Shown: positions 8,767 through 19,871 of the stretch, in pieces | Layout of the letters: every line of letters begins with the position of its first letter | Numbering within the stretch: position 1 is the first letter of the stretch | Source of the DNA: Vulcanimicrobiota bacterium | GTDB taxonomy: Bacteria; Vulcanimicrobiota; Vulcanimicrobiia; Vulcanimicrobiales; Vulcanimicrobiaceae | Direction: 5' to 3' | Length of the DNA stretch: 64,000 nt | Assembly: GCA_963714015.1 (NCBI GenBank) | Contig: OY970223.1 | Location: 864,001-928,000, forward strand | Program-made: the position numbers and the translations under genes | The notes under the pieces: model-generated | Database searches by the model: none | The model's input: only the letters and a program-made list of their open reading frames with translations | What the model was told of the DNA's origin: nothing

Positions 8767-11462
8767 ACCTTAACGACACCGGACGGCTGCGCTTCCAAAA
8801 GTGACTCCGCAACGTTGCGCCATGAGTGTAGCTTTCGGCCAGCGGAAGCAAATTGATCGCAGGTTCGAATAGCCGTTAATTCGGGCTTGGAGGTCTCGAC
8901 GCGGTAGTGAGATGCCTGGCGAAGCTCGTCTGCAGTCGCCAAGAGTTCGGCTGCGCGCTCCGTTTCTTTCGTATAGGAGAACAATATGCCGAAGGTTTCG
9001 AGCGCCGGAATGACGAGCGACATTGTATTCTCCTGAAGCGCTAACGCAAGCGCCTCACGCGCATGCCGAAACGCCTCGTCTACTCGGCCCGAGCGAATCC
9101 GCAAAATCGCCAAATTTGCCAAAATGTCCGAAACGTCGATCGCGCTTGCGGCCCGGCGCTTTAACTCCAGCGCCTCAACGTAAAGTCTGTTCTGCCGATT
9201 CGGCGCTCCCGTGTTCCAGCTCTAAGTCGGCGTAGTGATTCAGAACCGATGCAAGATCGTCGAATCGCGAATGATTGCGGCAGAGCGCCGCGCTCTCTTC
9301 GAACAGCGTCCGTGCTTCTTCGAGGGAGCCGCGTTCGGACAGGATCGCCGCGCGATTCGTCGCGGAGACGACGACTCCATGTGGGTAGCCGCACCGGCGG
9401 AAACCGTCCAGCGCTTCGCCGTAAAGATCGAACGCTGCGTCCACGTTGCCGGTGTAGTGCTCCAGCACCGCAAGCGCGTGCAGCGCTTCGGCGGTGCCTC
9501 GCGCGTCCGAAAGTGAACGGTAAATGGTCAGCGACTCGGATGCGAGCGCACGCGCCGCATCGTAATCGTCCTGTTTCGTGGCAAATGTTGCGGCTCGCCT
9601 CAGCAGGGCTGCCTTGGACGCGGGCGTCAATGCATCACAGCCTAGCGCTCGTGCAAGCCAAGCCCGGCCTTCGCCGATTGCGCCGCGCAGCTGCCAAAAT
9701 GCGAGCATCGATATCAAGAATCGAGCCGCTCGTTCCTTATCCGGCCGGTCCCACGCCCAATTCAAAGCCGCTCGCATGTTCGGCGCTTCGCGCTCGATCT
9801 GATCCGCCGCGGGGCGGTCTTCTTCAGCGCCGCCGTGCCACCGCTGAGCCAGCGCTTCGAAAAGGACGCAGTGCCGTTCGGCCGTTTCATCGTAACTGCC
9901 GGCGGTTCGCAGCTTCTCGCCCAAAAATTGTCGAATCGGATCGAGAAAGCGATAGCGCGTTTCATCGCCGGACCGAACTGCATTGACGAGTGATTTATCG
10001 ACGAGCGAATCCAATGTCTCGGCGAAGGGCTCGTCAACGGACTGATTCCCGGCGATCGCCTGCCCCGCGGCAGCAGTAAAACCGCCCTCGAAAATGCTGA
10101 GCGGCAATACGGCGAGTCGTTGATCGTCGTCGAGCAAGCAGAAACTCCACTCAATCGTAGCGGCAAGAGTCCGTTGGCGCGGTGTCGCGGACGGATCCTT
10201 CGATGCCGGGATGGGAGCATTTGCGCGCAGCGCCGCCGCTAATTCTGCCGGCGAAAGTGACTGTGAACGCGCGGCGGCAAGCTCGATCGCGAGTGGAATG
10301 GCTTCCAACATTCGGCAAATCGCTGCGATTGCTTCTCGATCGCTACTCGAGGCAGGCGCGTTCGAGCGGTACTGCGCGCGCTGAACGAAAAGTTCTTGCG
10401 CGTCCGACGGCGGAAGCGGATCCAGGCGAACGATGCGCTCTCCCGTTAAGTGCGTCGGTTCGCGGCTGGTTAAGAGAACCGAAAGGCCGGCGCAGCTCTC
10501 CAATAAGTGAAGGACGGTTTTGGCAACTGCATCGATCAAATGCTCGGAACTATCGAGCAGCAGCAAAATCTGCTTGTGCCGTAAATGTTCGGTAAGGCTT
10601 TCAAGCAGCGTTCGGTTCGATTCTTCTTTTACGCCGAGCGTCGCCGCCGTTGCGGCAGTTACGAGCCCCGGATCTTGGATGTCTGCAAAGCGGATCAGGA
10701 AAGAGCCGTCTTCGTAGAGGGTCAACGCTTCTGCGGCCGATTGCAAGCCGAGCCTTGTTTTCCCGATACCCCCCGGGCCCGTTATCGTAACGAGCCGGTG
10801 CTCTTTGAGTGCGTCTGAAATCGTCCTTAGTTCGTCCGCGCGTCCCAAGAAGCTCGAAATTTGAGATGGAAGATTGTTCGGCCGTGAGTCAAGTGTCCGC
10901 AGTGCGGCGAAATCGGCTTGCAGATTTGGCGCCGCGAGCTGGTAGATCGTTTCGGGGTTCAGAAGATCCCGAAGACGGTGCGAGCCGAGATTGCGCAACT
11001 GCGCACCCGGCGGCAAGGTATCGCGCGCCAAAGCGGCAGCAGCGGCCGATACGAGGACCTGGCCGCCGTGGCCGGCCGCTGTAAGACGCGCGACGCGATT
11101 GAGAGTAGTGCCGGAGTACTCTCCCTGCTCGAACAGCGCATCTCCCGAGTGAATCGCCATTCGGACTCGCAGCGCGTCCAGTTCCGCAGGCCATTCCAAA
11201 GACCCGATTGCGCGCTGAGCTTCCAATGCCGCGCTGAGAGCGGCGGATGCACGCAAGAACACGCAACAGCTCTTCGTCACCCACGCGCTTGAAAACGCGT
11301 CCGCCGTTTTCCGTGACGGCGCGTTCGACGGCTTCATCCTGAAGGCGTACCGCGTCGCGCATGGCTGCGGGCGCCGACTCCCAGCGCCGCGAGTCTGCCC
11401 TCGATGTCGCTAAAGAGGAACGTTAGAACGCCGGTCGCGCCGGCATCAGTTCGATCGCTCAC
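8763..11462 (-). CDS. class III nucleotidyl cyclase - STAND (AfsR/NB-ARC-like) ATPase - TPR protein, with about 3 frameshifts
   Basis: FLFSDIEG, VFKRVGD, RVRMAIHSG and NRVARL (cyclase); GPGGIGKT, LTSRE and PLAIELAAAR (STAND); C-terminal TPRs. Frame breaks near 11395, 11275 and 9178. Confidence 0.88.
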
Positions 11463-11591
11463 AGTTGCGGTCAGTATAGCAGACGCCGCTGGGGTTGACA
11501 TTCAAGGGTCTTTCGACGTACGAAGCCGTGCCCTAAGCCCTGCGGCAGTAAGCGCCAGGGCTGGGGATAGCACCGCCGGAGGGCAGCAGAA

Positions 11592-12740
11592 GTGAAGATC
11601 GTCGCCGTTTTCGGCCTTGTACTTTTTTTGAACGCCTGCGGCTCATCCGGTCCGGGCGAGGGTTCGTTTGACCCGCTGCAGCAGCGCGGCGACGGCACCA
11701 TTCCCGTAAAGCTCGGTGTCCCAGGCGGTGGTCCGTATCTCTATGGAACGACCTACCTCGATCCCGTGGTGAGCGTTTACAGTGAGGCTTCGAACGAATT
11801 CGTCGAACAGCTGCAGCCGGGATGTTCGCAGGCGACGCTCAATAGCGCCAAGCTCAGCCCCGACGAGTCGAAGCTTTACGTTGCCCAGTGGGGCAATGGG
11901 AATGCAGGCTGCGCGAATCAGATCACCGTGTTAGACACGGCGACGAATCAATTTGCCGCTGCTCTATCCGTGCCGCGCCGCTATACGAGGTTCTACGATT
12001 TGACGACGAACCATAGCGGCGCGGCACTCTACGCGTATTTCCTCAAAAACGACTCTCAGTACGACATCCTCGGCTTTTTCAATACGGCGTCACGTTCGCT
12101 CACTGCTACGCTGCAGATGCCTAGCTACTACTTGGATACGGCGGCCGTCCGTCCAACGAACGGATTCCTTTACGCGGCAGGCTATCGCTATGGGAGCCAG
12201 CCCAACACGTCGACGGCATACGTGGACGTTGTCGACCCCGTCATCCGTAAAATCGTCAAGAGTGTTTCCCTGGGAGGGACGACTTCCGAGGCGGCCGGCG
12301 ACGGATTCGACTCCTCCGGCGGCCATCTCTACGTTCACTACAATAATGCGTATCTCAAGAAGTACAATCCGAATGAAATTCGCATATTGAATCCGTCGAC
12401 CGGTGCGCAGGAGGGCGTCATCAACCTGCCCGATGCACTCTATGGAGTGACCGGCACGCACCCGGACATGTTGATTAGTGCTAAGAATCGTCTGTACATC
12501 AATAATGGCAATACATTGTACGTCTACGATCTGGGAACGCGCTCGAAGGCAGCGGCAATCCCAATTCCCACGACGGTTTCCGACAGCGGCATGGCCTTTG
12601 ACGCATCGCAGTCCACCATCTATTTGAGCTCGAAGCAGTACGTCTACGTTATCAGCACCGCAACCGACACGATAACCGGCAAATTCCTAACCGCCCCGAA
12701 TAACCCGCAATATACGCAGATCTGGCTGGCCGCCCAATAA
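11592..12740 (+). CDS. YVTN/YncE-like beta-propeller lipoprotein
   Basis: Lipobox LNAC; repeats such as LSPDESKLYVA, ITVLDTATN and VYVISTATDTI. Confidence 0.8.
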   Translation: MKIVAVFGLVLFLNACGSSGPGEGSFDPLQQRGDGTIPVKLGVPGGGPYLYGTTYLDPVVSVYSEASNEFVEQLQPGCSQATLNSAKLSPDESKLYVAQWGNGNAGCANQITVLDTATNQFAAALSVPRRYTRFYDLTTNHSGAALYAYFLKNDSQYDILGFFNTASRSLTATLQMPSYYLDTAAVRPTNGFLYAAGYRYGSQPNTSTAYVDVVDPVIRKIVKSVSLGGTTSEAAGDGFDSSGGHLYVHYNNAYLKKYNPNEIRILNPSTGAQEGVINLPDALYGVTGTHPDMLISAKNRLYINNGNTLYVYDLGTRSKAAAIPIPTTVSDSGMAFDASQSTIYLSSKQYVYVISTATDTITGKFLTAPNNPQYTQIWLAAQ

Positions 12741-12755
12741 TCCGTGGCCGGAAAT

Positions 12756-12786
12756 AAACAGGCCCGCATTGCTGCGGGCCTGTTTT
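12756..12786. terminator. bidirectional intrinsic terminator
   Basis: AAACAGGCCCGCA-TTGC-TGCGGGCCTGTTTT between convergent genes. Confidence 0.85.
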
Positions 12787-12794
12787 CAATGGCG

Positions 12795-15032
12795 CTATTC
12801 GCGCCGGCGCGGACGCCGCGGGCGGCGTGACTCGCCCCCGCCTGAAGGACCGTCCGAACCGCCGCCGCTGTGCGCGCGTTCGCCATGGTCGGCGCTGCCG
12901 TTGCCGGATACGCCGGCGCCTGCGAGCACCGCCTTTCGCGAGAGGTTGATGCGGCCTTGGTTGTCGATCTCCATGACCTTGACCATGATTTCGTCGCCGA
13001 CTTTGACGACGTCTTCCACCTTCTCCACGCGCGTGGGCGCGAGTTGGCTGATGTGGACCAAGCCTTCTTTGCCGGGCAGAATCTTCACGAACGCGCCGAT
13101 GTTGATGATGCGCGTGACCTCGCCCATGTAAGTCTCGCCGACCACGACGTCCTTCGTGATCGATTCCACGATGGCGCGCGCCTTCTCGGCGGATTCGCCG
13201 TCGAGCGAGGTGATGAACACCTTGCCGTCGTCCTCGATGTCGATCTTCTCGACGCCGGTGTCCTCGATGATCTTGTTGATGACCTTGCCGCCGGGCCCGA
13301 TGACGTCTTTGATCTTGGCGGGATTGATCTGCACGACAATCATCCGCGGCGCGAACTTGCTCAGTTCCTTGCGCGGCTCGGCGATCGTCTCGGCGAGCTT
13401 GTCGATGATGAAGAATCGCGACTTCTTCGCCTCGGCCATCGCCTCGCGAATGATTTGAATCGTGATCCCTTGGACTTTGATGTCCATCTGGATCGCGGTG
13501 ATGCCCTTCTTGGTGCCCGCGACCTTGAAGTCCATCTCACCCAGAGCGTCTTCCATGCCTTGGATGTCGGTGAGAATTCCGTATTTATCGCCTTTGAGAA
13601 TCAGCCCCATCGCAACGCCCGCGACGTGATCGCGGATCGGCACGCCGGCATCCATTAGCGCGAGCGTGCTTCCGCACACCGACGCCATGGACGATGAGCC
13701 GTTGGACTCCAGCACTTCGCTCATCAGACGAAGCGTATACGGAAAGTCTTCTTTCTTCGGCAGTACGGGAATGAGCGCGCGCTCAGCAAGATTGCCGTGG
13801 CCGATCTCGCGGCGGCCGGGACCGCGCATCGGGCGCGTCTCGCCGACCGAGAAGGGCGGGAAATTGTAGAAGTGCATGTAGCGCTTGTCTTCGAGCGCGA
13901 CGATGCCGTCTAAACGCTGCGCGTCGCTAATCGAGCCGAGTGTCGCAGCCGTGAAGACTTGCGTTTGTCCTCGCGTGAAAATGCCCGAACCGTGGACGCG
14001 CGGCACGTAGTGCACCTTGCACCAAATCGGACGAATCTCGTCCGGCTTGCGGCCGTCGGGACGAATCTTCTCGTCGACGACCATCGTGCGCAGCTCGTCC
14101 TCTTCCATCATCTTGATGACTTTGTTGAACTCTTTAGCCGTCGCCGGATCTTCCAGCAAAGCGCGGACGTTCTCGTCTTTTTTGCCGCAGCGCGCGATCG
14201 CTTGTTCGACGGTAATCTTGTCGAGCTCGGCTTCGCGTGCGAGCTTCTCGACGACCCGCATACCTTTGGCGACGTCGTCCTTGAACGCCTTACGCACGAA
14301 TGTTTCGAGGTCCGCATTCACTTTCTGAACCGGATATTCGCGTTTGGCTTTGCCGCATTTCTTCGCCAGCTCGTTGATCGCTTTGACGATTTTCTTGATC
14401 TCGCCGTGCGCGAACTCGACGGCGCCGAGGAAATCTTCCTCGCTGATTTCTTTTGCGCTGCCTTCGACCATCATGACGGCGTCTGCGGTTCCGGCGATGA
14501 CGATCTCCATGCCGCCGGTCTCGTACTGCGGCAGCGTCGGATTGCAGATGTAGTTGCCGTTTTCGTCGCGTCCGACGCGAACCGCGGCTACCGTTTTATC
14601 GAACGGAATATCAGAGACGGCGAGCGCCGCGCCGGCTGCGCACACGCCGATGACGTCGGCGTCGAGCTCCGGATCGATTGAAAGCACGGTCGCGACGACT
14701 TGTATGTCGTTGCGAAAACCGTCAGGGAACAGCGGACGAATCGGACGATCGATTTGACGCGAACTGAGCACCGCGTGCTCGGGCGGACGGCCTTCGCGCT
14801 TGATATAGCCGCCCGGAATCTTGCCGGCCGCGTACATCTTTTCTTCGAAGTCGCACGTTAAGGGGAAAAAGTCGATGCCTTCACGAGGTTTCTCGGAGGC
14901 GGTGACGGCGCAGAGCACGACGTTTTGGTCGCCATACCGGACTAGCGCGGAGCCATTCGCTTGCTTCGCTAGTTCGCCGGTTTCGATGACCATCGTGCGC
15001 CCGCCGATCTCAATGGATACGGACTCAGGCAC
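12795..15032 (-). CDS. pnp: polyribonucleotide nucleotidyltransferase (PNPase)
   Basis: RQIDRPIRPLF, RREIGHG, SNGSSSMASVC and DFKVAG motifs; KH and S1 domains. Confidence 0.99.
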   Translation of the reverse strand: MPESVSIEIGGRTMVIETGELAKQANGSALVRYGDQNVVLCAVTASEKPREGIDFFPLTCDFEEKMYAAGKIPGGYIKREGRPPEHAVLSSRQIDRPIRPLFPDGFRNDIQVVATVLSIDPELDADVIGVCAAGAALAVSDIPFDKTVAAVRVGRDENGNYICNPTLPQYETGGMEIVIAGTADAVMMVEGSAKEISEEDFLGAVEFAHGEIKKIVKAINELAKKCGKAKREYPVQKVNADLETFVRKAFKDDVAKGMRVVEKLAREAELDKITVEQAIARCGKKDENVRALLEDPATAKEFNKVIKMMEEDELRTMVVDEKIRPDGRKPDEIRPIWCKVHYVPRVHGSGIFTRGQTQVFTAATLGSISDAQRLDGIVALEDKRYMHFYNFPPFSVGETRPMRGPGRREIGHGNLAERALIPVLPKKEDFPYTLRLMSEVLESNGSSSMASVCGSTLALMDAGVPIRDHVAGVAMGLILKGDKYGILTDIQGMEDALGEMDFKVAGTKKGITAIQMDIKVQGITIQIIREAMAEAKKSRFFIIDKLAETIAEPRKELSKFAPRMIVVQINPAKIKDVIGPGGKVINKIIEDTGVEKIDIEDDGKVFITSLDGESAEKARAIVESITKDVVVGETYMGEVTRIINIGAFVKILPGKEGLVHISQLAPTRVEKVEDVVKVGDEIMVKVMEIDNQGRINLSRKAVLAGAGVSGNGSADHGERAHSGGGSDGPSGGGESRRPRRPRRRE

Positions 15033-15165
15033 GGAGTTCTCCTAGATTCTTGTACTTTTGTTCTTTAATATGAACCCGGCCGGTTCGGGGAGCCGGCGGG
15101 GATGACCTAGGAGGCGGGCGCCAAAACTCTGCATTCTTAGCGCGATTCTGACGAAAGGCCGTTCC

Positions 15166-16887
15166 ATGAAGCGATTTTTGCCTACGCTTCTCGCATGTTC
15201 GCTTCTCGGTGCTTCAGGGCCGGGCGCGTCGTGGCGGCTCCAGCCGCCCGCGTCGGGGGCGCATGCCATGGTGGCGACAGCGCAACATTATGCGACAAAA
15301 GTTGGTCTCGAGGTTCTGCGCGGCGGCGGGAACGCCGTAGACGCGGCCGTCGCCGTCGGATACGCCTTAGCCGTCGTTCATCCGTGCTGCGGGAACATCG
15401 GCGGCGGCGGTTTCATGTTGATTCGCATGCACGGCGGACGCGAGCGTTTCATCGACTTTCGCGAGACGGCGCCTGCTGCAGCACGTTCGAACATGTACCT
15501 CGACGCGCACGGCAACATCGTACCGAATGCCAGCACGCGAGGCTATCTCTCGGCCGGCGTCCCCGGAACGGTGATGGGACTGGACCGAGCGCTGCAAGAG
15601 TTCGGCACGCGCTCGCGCGCAGCGATGATTGCCCCGGCGATCGCGCTCGCGCAAAACGGTTACCGGATCGATCCGGGCGATGCGGCGGTGTTCGCAGGCG
15701 CGGACGATCCTGCTGAAGGCGCCTACCGGTTTTCCGCGCAATCGAACGTGCGCGCGATCTTCATGGCGAACGGCCGTTTGCCGCAAAGCGGAGACGTTAT
15801 CGTTCAGCCGCAGCTCGCCGCCAGTTTGCGCCTCATTGCCCGCAGCGGCGATGCCGCGTTCTATACGGGACCGATCGCGCGCGCAATCGTCGATGCGAGC
15901 CGGCGGAGCGGCGGAATTCTGACGCTTGCGGATTTCGGGAATTATCGCGTTCAGGAACCAAAGCCGGTGCACTGCACGTATCGCGGTTATACAATTGCGT
16001 CGGCACCGCCGCCGAGCTCGGGCGGGACGACGCTGTGCGAAATACTGAATATTACTTCCGGCTATCCGCTTGGGTCGTGGGACTGGAACACGGTGAACAG
16101 CGTACATTACATAGTGGAAGCCGAACGCCGCGCATACGCCGATCGCAATACGTATCTGGGCGATCCTTCGTTCGTCAAAAATCCGCTCGGGCGGCTGCTT
16201 TCACTGCAATACGCGGCGCATCTGCGCTCGGAGATCGATCCGCAGCGCGCTACGCCCTCGGTTGACGTTCATCCGGGCCTTGGGCCGGTGGCGTTCGAGC
16301 ACAACGATACGACGCATTATTCGATCGTCGATCGCTCGGGCAATGCCGTCGCGGTGACGTACACAATCAACGACGATTTCGGAGCGCACGTCATCGCCGG
16401 AAAAACCGGATTCTTTCTGAACGACGAGATGGACGATTTCACGAGTAAACCCGGCGTGCCGAATCTCTACGGTTTGGTTCAGGGCGTCCGCAACGACATT
16501 CAACCCGGAAAGCGGCCGCTTTCGTCGATGGCGCCGACGATCGTTACGAAGAACGGCAGCGTGTTCATGGTGACGGGAAGTCCGGGCGGATCGCGCATCA
16601 TCACGATCACGCTAGACACGATCCAGAACGTGATCGATTATGGGATGAACGTTCAGCAAGCCGTAAATGCACCGCGCATTCACATGCAGTGGCTTCCGGA
16701 TGTGATCGAATACGAACCGGGAGCGCTTTTCACCGAGACGATAGACGCCCTAAACAAACGCGGATATTCGTTCCGGCAAGTTCCATCGTGGGGTACTGCC
16801 GAAGCGATCGTCATCGATCCGCGTACGGGAATCCGTTACGGCGGCGCCGACCGGCGTTCGCCGCAGGGACTCGCGGCGGGATACTGA
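15166..16887 (+). CDS. ggt: gamma-glutamyltransferase
   Basis: GGNAVDAA, IDFRE, TTHYS nucleophile site, KRPLSSM, GSPGGS. Confidence 0.97.
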   Translation: MKRFLPTLLACSLLGASGPGASWRLQPPASGAHAMVATAQHYATKVGLEVLRGGGNAVDAAVAVGYALAVVHPCCGNIGGGGFMLIRMHGGRERFIDFRETAPAAARSNMYLDAHGNIVPNASTRGYLSAGVPGTVMGLDRALQEFGTRSRAAMIAPAIALAQNGYRIDPGDAAVFAGADDPAEGAYRFSAQSNVRAIFMANGRLPQSGDVIVQPQLAASLRLIARSGDAAFYTGPIARAIVDASRRSGGILTLADFGNYRVQEPKPVHCTYRGYTIASAPPPSSGGTTLCEILNITSGYPLGSWDWNTVNSVHYIVEAERRAYADRNTYLGDPSFVKNPLGRLLSLQYAAHLRSEIDPQRATPSVDVHPGLGPVAFEHNDTTHYSIVDRSGNAVAVTYTINDDFGAHVIAGKTGFFLNDEMDDFTSKPGVPNLYGLVQGVRNDIQPGKRPLSSMAPTIVTKNGSVFMVTGSPGGSRIITITLDTIQNVIDYGMNVQQAVNAPRIHMQWLPDVIEYEPGALFTETIDALNKRGYSFRQVPSWGTAEAIVIDPRTGIRYGGADRRSPQGLAAGY

Positions 16888-16919
16888 ACGCACTCCGCCT
16901 TCGCTCTTGTTTTGGGAGA

Positions 16920-17858
16920 ATGATGATGCGCGTCAACGTTGCAGCCGCTGCCCTTTGCCTCGCGGGCTTCACGGCCTGCGGTGGAGCGTTCGCCCCCACT
17001 CAAGTGTTGCATACGGCGGCGTTTCGCCAAGCGCAGCCGGCCGGAAGCGGTTGGAAGAGTCTCGCGCCGTTGCCCAAGGCGGTGTATCTGGCTGCAGGCG
17101 CCGCGACCGGTGGTAAACTGTATGTCTTCGGCGGCGAAACGTTTACCGGTCCGGCTTTCGTCTACGATCCCGCGACCAACGTGTGGTCGCACGAGCACGC
17201 GATGCCGGTCATCGAGCACGGTGCTTCGGCGCAAGCGGTGAACGGCACCATCTACGTGCTCGGCGGCTCCAACAAGAACGGCCCGAATAACGAGGTGCAG
17301 GCGTACGATCCAACGACGAACTCGTGGACCGCGCGCTCGCCGATGATCGCAGCTCGTTACACCGGTGCATCCGCCGTCGTGAACGGAATGATCTACGCGA
17401 TCGGCGGAGAGAACGATCGGAATCAAGTCGTCAGCTCGGCCGAGACGTACAACCCGGCGACGAACAAGTGGAGCGCGATTGCGTCGATGCCTGCCCCGCA
17501 GATGTGGCTCGGCGCGACGGCGGTCGGCAAAGTGATTTACGTGACGGGCAACGGCAAGCGATTCCTTTACGCGTACGACACTGCGACCAAGAAGTGGTCG
17601 GAGAAGACGCCGCCGCCCGTCAAACTCTTCGATCCCGGGCTCGTAACCCTCAAAGGGTTAGTCTATGCTATCGGCGGCGGCACGAACTCGGCGAACGTGT
17701 TTGCGTATAATCCCGCCACGGACAAATGGGGTCAAAAGCCTTCGCTGCCGGTAGACGTCTACGGACCAGCGGTCGGAACGATAAACGGCACGCTTTATGC
17801 CGCAGGCGGATCGGAGTCGCAAAACGCGGTGACCAACGTGGAGTCTTATACGCCCTAG
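16920..17858 (+). CDS. Kelch-repeat beta-propeller lipoprotein
   Basis: Lipobox FTAC; six Kelch repeats (LYVFGG...YDPATNVW). Confidence 0.9.
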   Translation: MMMRVNVAAAALCLAGFTACGGAFAPTQVLHTAAFRQAQPAGSGWKSLAPLPKAVYLAAGAATGGKLYVFGGETFTGPAFVYDPATNVWSHEHAMPVIEHGASAQAVNGTIYVLGGSNKNGPNNEVQAYDPTTNSWTARSPMIAARYTGASAVVNGMIYAIGGENDRNQVVSSAETYNPATNKWSAIASMPAPQMWLGATAVGKVIYVTGNGKRFLYAYDTATKKWSEKTPPPVKLFDPGLVTLKGLVYAIGGGTNSANVFAYNPATDKWGQKPSLPVDVYGPAVGTINGTLYAAGGSESQNAVTNVESYTP

Positions 17859-17921
17859 CCGCGGGCCGGGAGGGCCTCCTTCGAGGTCAAATCCCGCAAC
17901 GGCGGGTAACAACTGCCTGTT

Positions 17922-18779
17922 ATGGAGAGTCTTTCCCCCAAGCGCCTGACCGAACTCAAAGAGCAGGCCAATCTCTGCCGTCAGGGGATCATCCGTTCGC
18001 TCCTCGCGGCGGGATCCGGACATTCCGCCGGACCGCTGGACATGGCGGACATCTTTACAGCGCTCTATCAGCACGTGATGCGCCACGATCCTAATAATCC
18101 GCAGTGGCCGGATCGCGACCGGCTGCTGCTTTCGTGCGGCCACATCACGCCGGTGCGTTACAGTGCGATGGCGTATGCGGGATATTTTCCGGTCGAAGAA
18201 TTGCTCACGCTGCGCAAGTTCGGATCGCGGCTGCAAGGTCATCCGGAGCGCGTGCGGCTGCCGGCGCTCGAAACGACGTCGGGTCCGCTCGGCGAAGGTT
18301 TGGCGCAGGGCACGGGCATGGCGCTCGCCGCGAAGATGGACGGTAAAGAATGGCGCGTCTACGTCGTCACGTCCGATGCGGAGCATCAATGCGGACTGCA
18401 TTGGGAAGCGGTGATGACTGCCGCAAAATTCAAGTTGAATAATCTGATCAACATCATCGATCGAAACTTCATACAGATAGACGGCAGCACCGAAGACGTG
18501 ATGCCGCTCGAGCCGCTCGCCGATAAGTATCGCGCGTTCAATTGGAACGTGCTCGAGTGCGACGGCAACGACATCGCGCAGTTCATCGCGACCGTCGGCA
18601 AAGCGCATGCATCGAAGGACAAGCCCAGCGTGATTATCGCGCATACCATCCCGGGCAAGGGCGTTGCGTATATGGAAGGCGATTACACTTGGCACGGCAA
18701 GCCGCCCAATAAAGATCAAGCCGACGAAGCGCTGCGCGAACTCGAAGCCGATCGGGAAAGGATCCTGGCCAATGCGTAG
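17922..18779 (+). CDS. tkt: transketolase, N-terminal (TPP-binding) subunit
   Basis: SGH, DRLLLSCGH, LQGHP, TSGPLGEG, WHGKPP. Confidence 0.93.
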   Translation: MESLSPKRLTELKEQANLCRQGIIRSLLAAGSGHSAGPLDMADIFTALYQHVMRHDPNNPQWPDRDRLLLSCGHITPVRYSAMAYAGYFPVEELLTLRKFGSRLQGHPERVRLPALETTSGPLGEGLAQGTGMALAAKMDGKEWRVYVVTSDAEHQCGLHWEAVMTAAKFKLNNLINIIDRNFIQIDGSTEDVMPLEPLADKYRAFNWNVLECDGNDIAQFIATVGKAHASKDKPSVIIAHTIPGKGVAYMEGDYTWHGKPPNKDQADEALRELEADRERILANA

Positions 18780-19773
18780 CAACGTCTTGAACGGCGCCGC
18801 TGCAATGCACCTTGCCGATCTCGCCGATCCGAAGACCGTCAAGCAAGTTCCGACTCGCAACGGCTTCGGCGAAGGGTTGGTCGAAGCCGGAAAAGCCGAT
18901 CGAAACGTTATCGGCATTTGCGCGGACCTTTCCGAATCGACGCGCATGCTCGGCTTTAAAGAAGCTTGTCCCGATCAGTACATCGAGATCGGCGTTTCGG
19001 AACAGTTGCTCGTGGCGATGGCGGGCGGTCTCGCGAGCGTCGGCAAGATTCCGTGGATTGCCAGTTACGCGATGTTCAATCCCGGGCGATCGTGGGAGCA
19101 AGTTCGCACGATCATGGCGCTCAACGAGACCAACGTCAAGATTGCGGGCGCACACGCCGGCGTCTCCGTCGGACCCGACGGCGCGACGCACCAAGCGATT
19201 GAAGACATCGCCATCATGCGCGTCATCCCGCATATGACCGTCGTCGTGCCGTGCGACTCGGTGCAGACCAAGAAGGCCACGCTGGCGCTGACGAAGATGA
19301 ACGGCCCGGTATACTTGCGCTTTGCTCGCGAGAAATCGCCCATCGTGACGACCGAAGAGACGCCGTTCGAGATTGGCAAAGCACAGGTGCTTCGCGAAGG
19401 CAAGGACGTGGCTATCGTCGCCTGCGGAATTCTTGTGTACAACGCGCTGATTGCGGCGCAGCGTTTAGCCGCCGAAGGCATCGATTGCATGGTGATAAAC
19501 AACCACACCGTCAAACCGATGGACGAACCCGCGGTTATCGAAGCGGCACGCACCTGCGGTGCGATTGTGACCGTCGAAGAGCACCAAGTCCACGGCGGGA
19601 TGGGCTCGCGCGTCGCCGAGATCCTCGCTGCCAACGTACCCGTTCCGATCGAGTTCGTCGGCGTCAACGATCAATTCGGACAATCCGGCGATCCGGTCGA
19701 ACTCATCGAACACTACGGCATGGGAACGAAATCGATCATCGCGGCCGCCCGCAGAGTAAAATCGCGCAAGTGA
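18772..19773 (+). CDS. tkt: transketolase, C-terminal subunit
   Basis: GVSEQ, GPDGATHQ, GPVYLR, TVEEH. Confidence 0.93.
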   Translation: MRSNVLNGAAAMHLADLADPKTVKQVPTRNGFGEGLVEAGKADRNVIGICADLSESTRMLGFKEACPDQYIEIGVSEQLLVAMAGGLASVGKIPWIASYAMFNPGRSWEQVRTIMALNETNVKIAGAHAGVSVGPDGATHQAIEDIAIMRVIPHMTVVVPCDSVQTKKATLALTKMNGPVYLRFAREKSPIVTTEETPFEIGKAQVLREGKDVAIVACGILVYNALIAAQRLAAEGIDCMVINNHTVKPMDEPAVIEAARTCGAIVTVEEHQVHGGMGSRVAEILAANVPVPIEFVGVNDQFGQSGDPVELIEHYGMGTKSIIAAARRVKSRK

Positions 19774-19812
19774 TATACTTTTTGCGGAACTGCGCCCGCT
19801 TGTAACCAGCGC

Positions 19813-19851
19813 AAAAAAGAAGAAAGCCCGCTATCGAACGAGCGGGCTCTC
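19813..19851 (-). terminator. intrinsic terminator of rpsO
   Basis: AGCCCGCT stem, 8-nt loop and U-rich tail on the minus strand. Confidence 0.85.
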
Positions 19852-19871
19852 TGTACTGAGTAACGAGAAAA

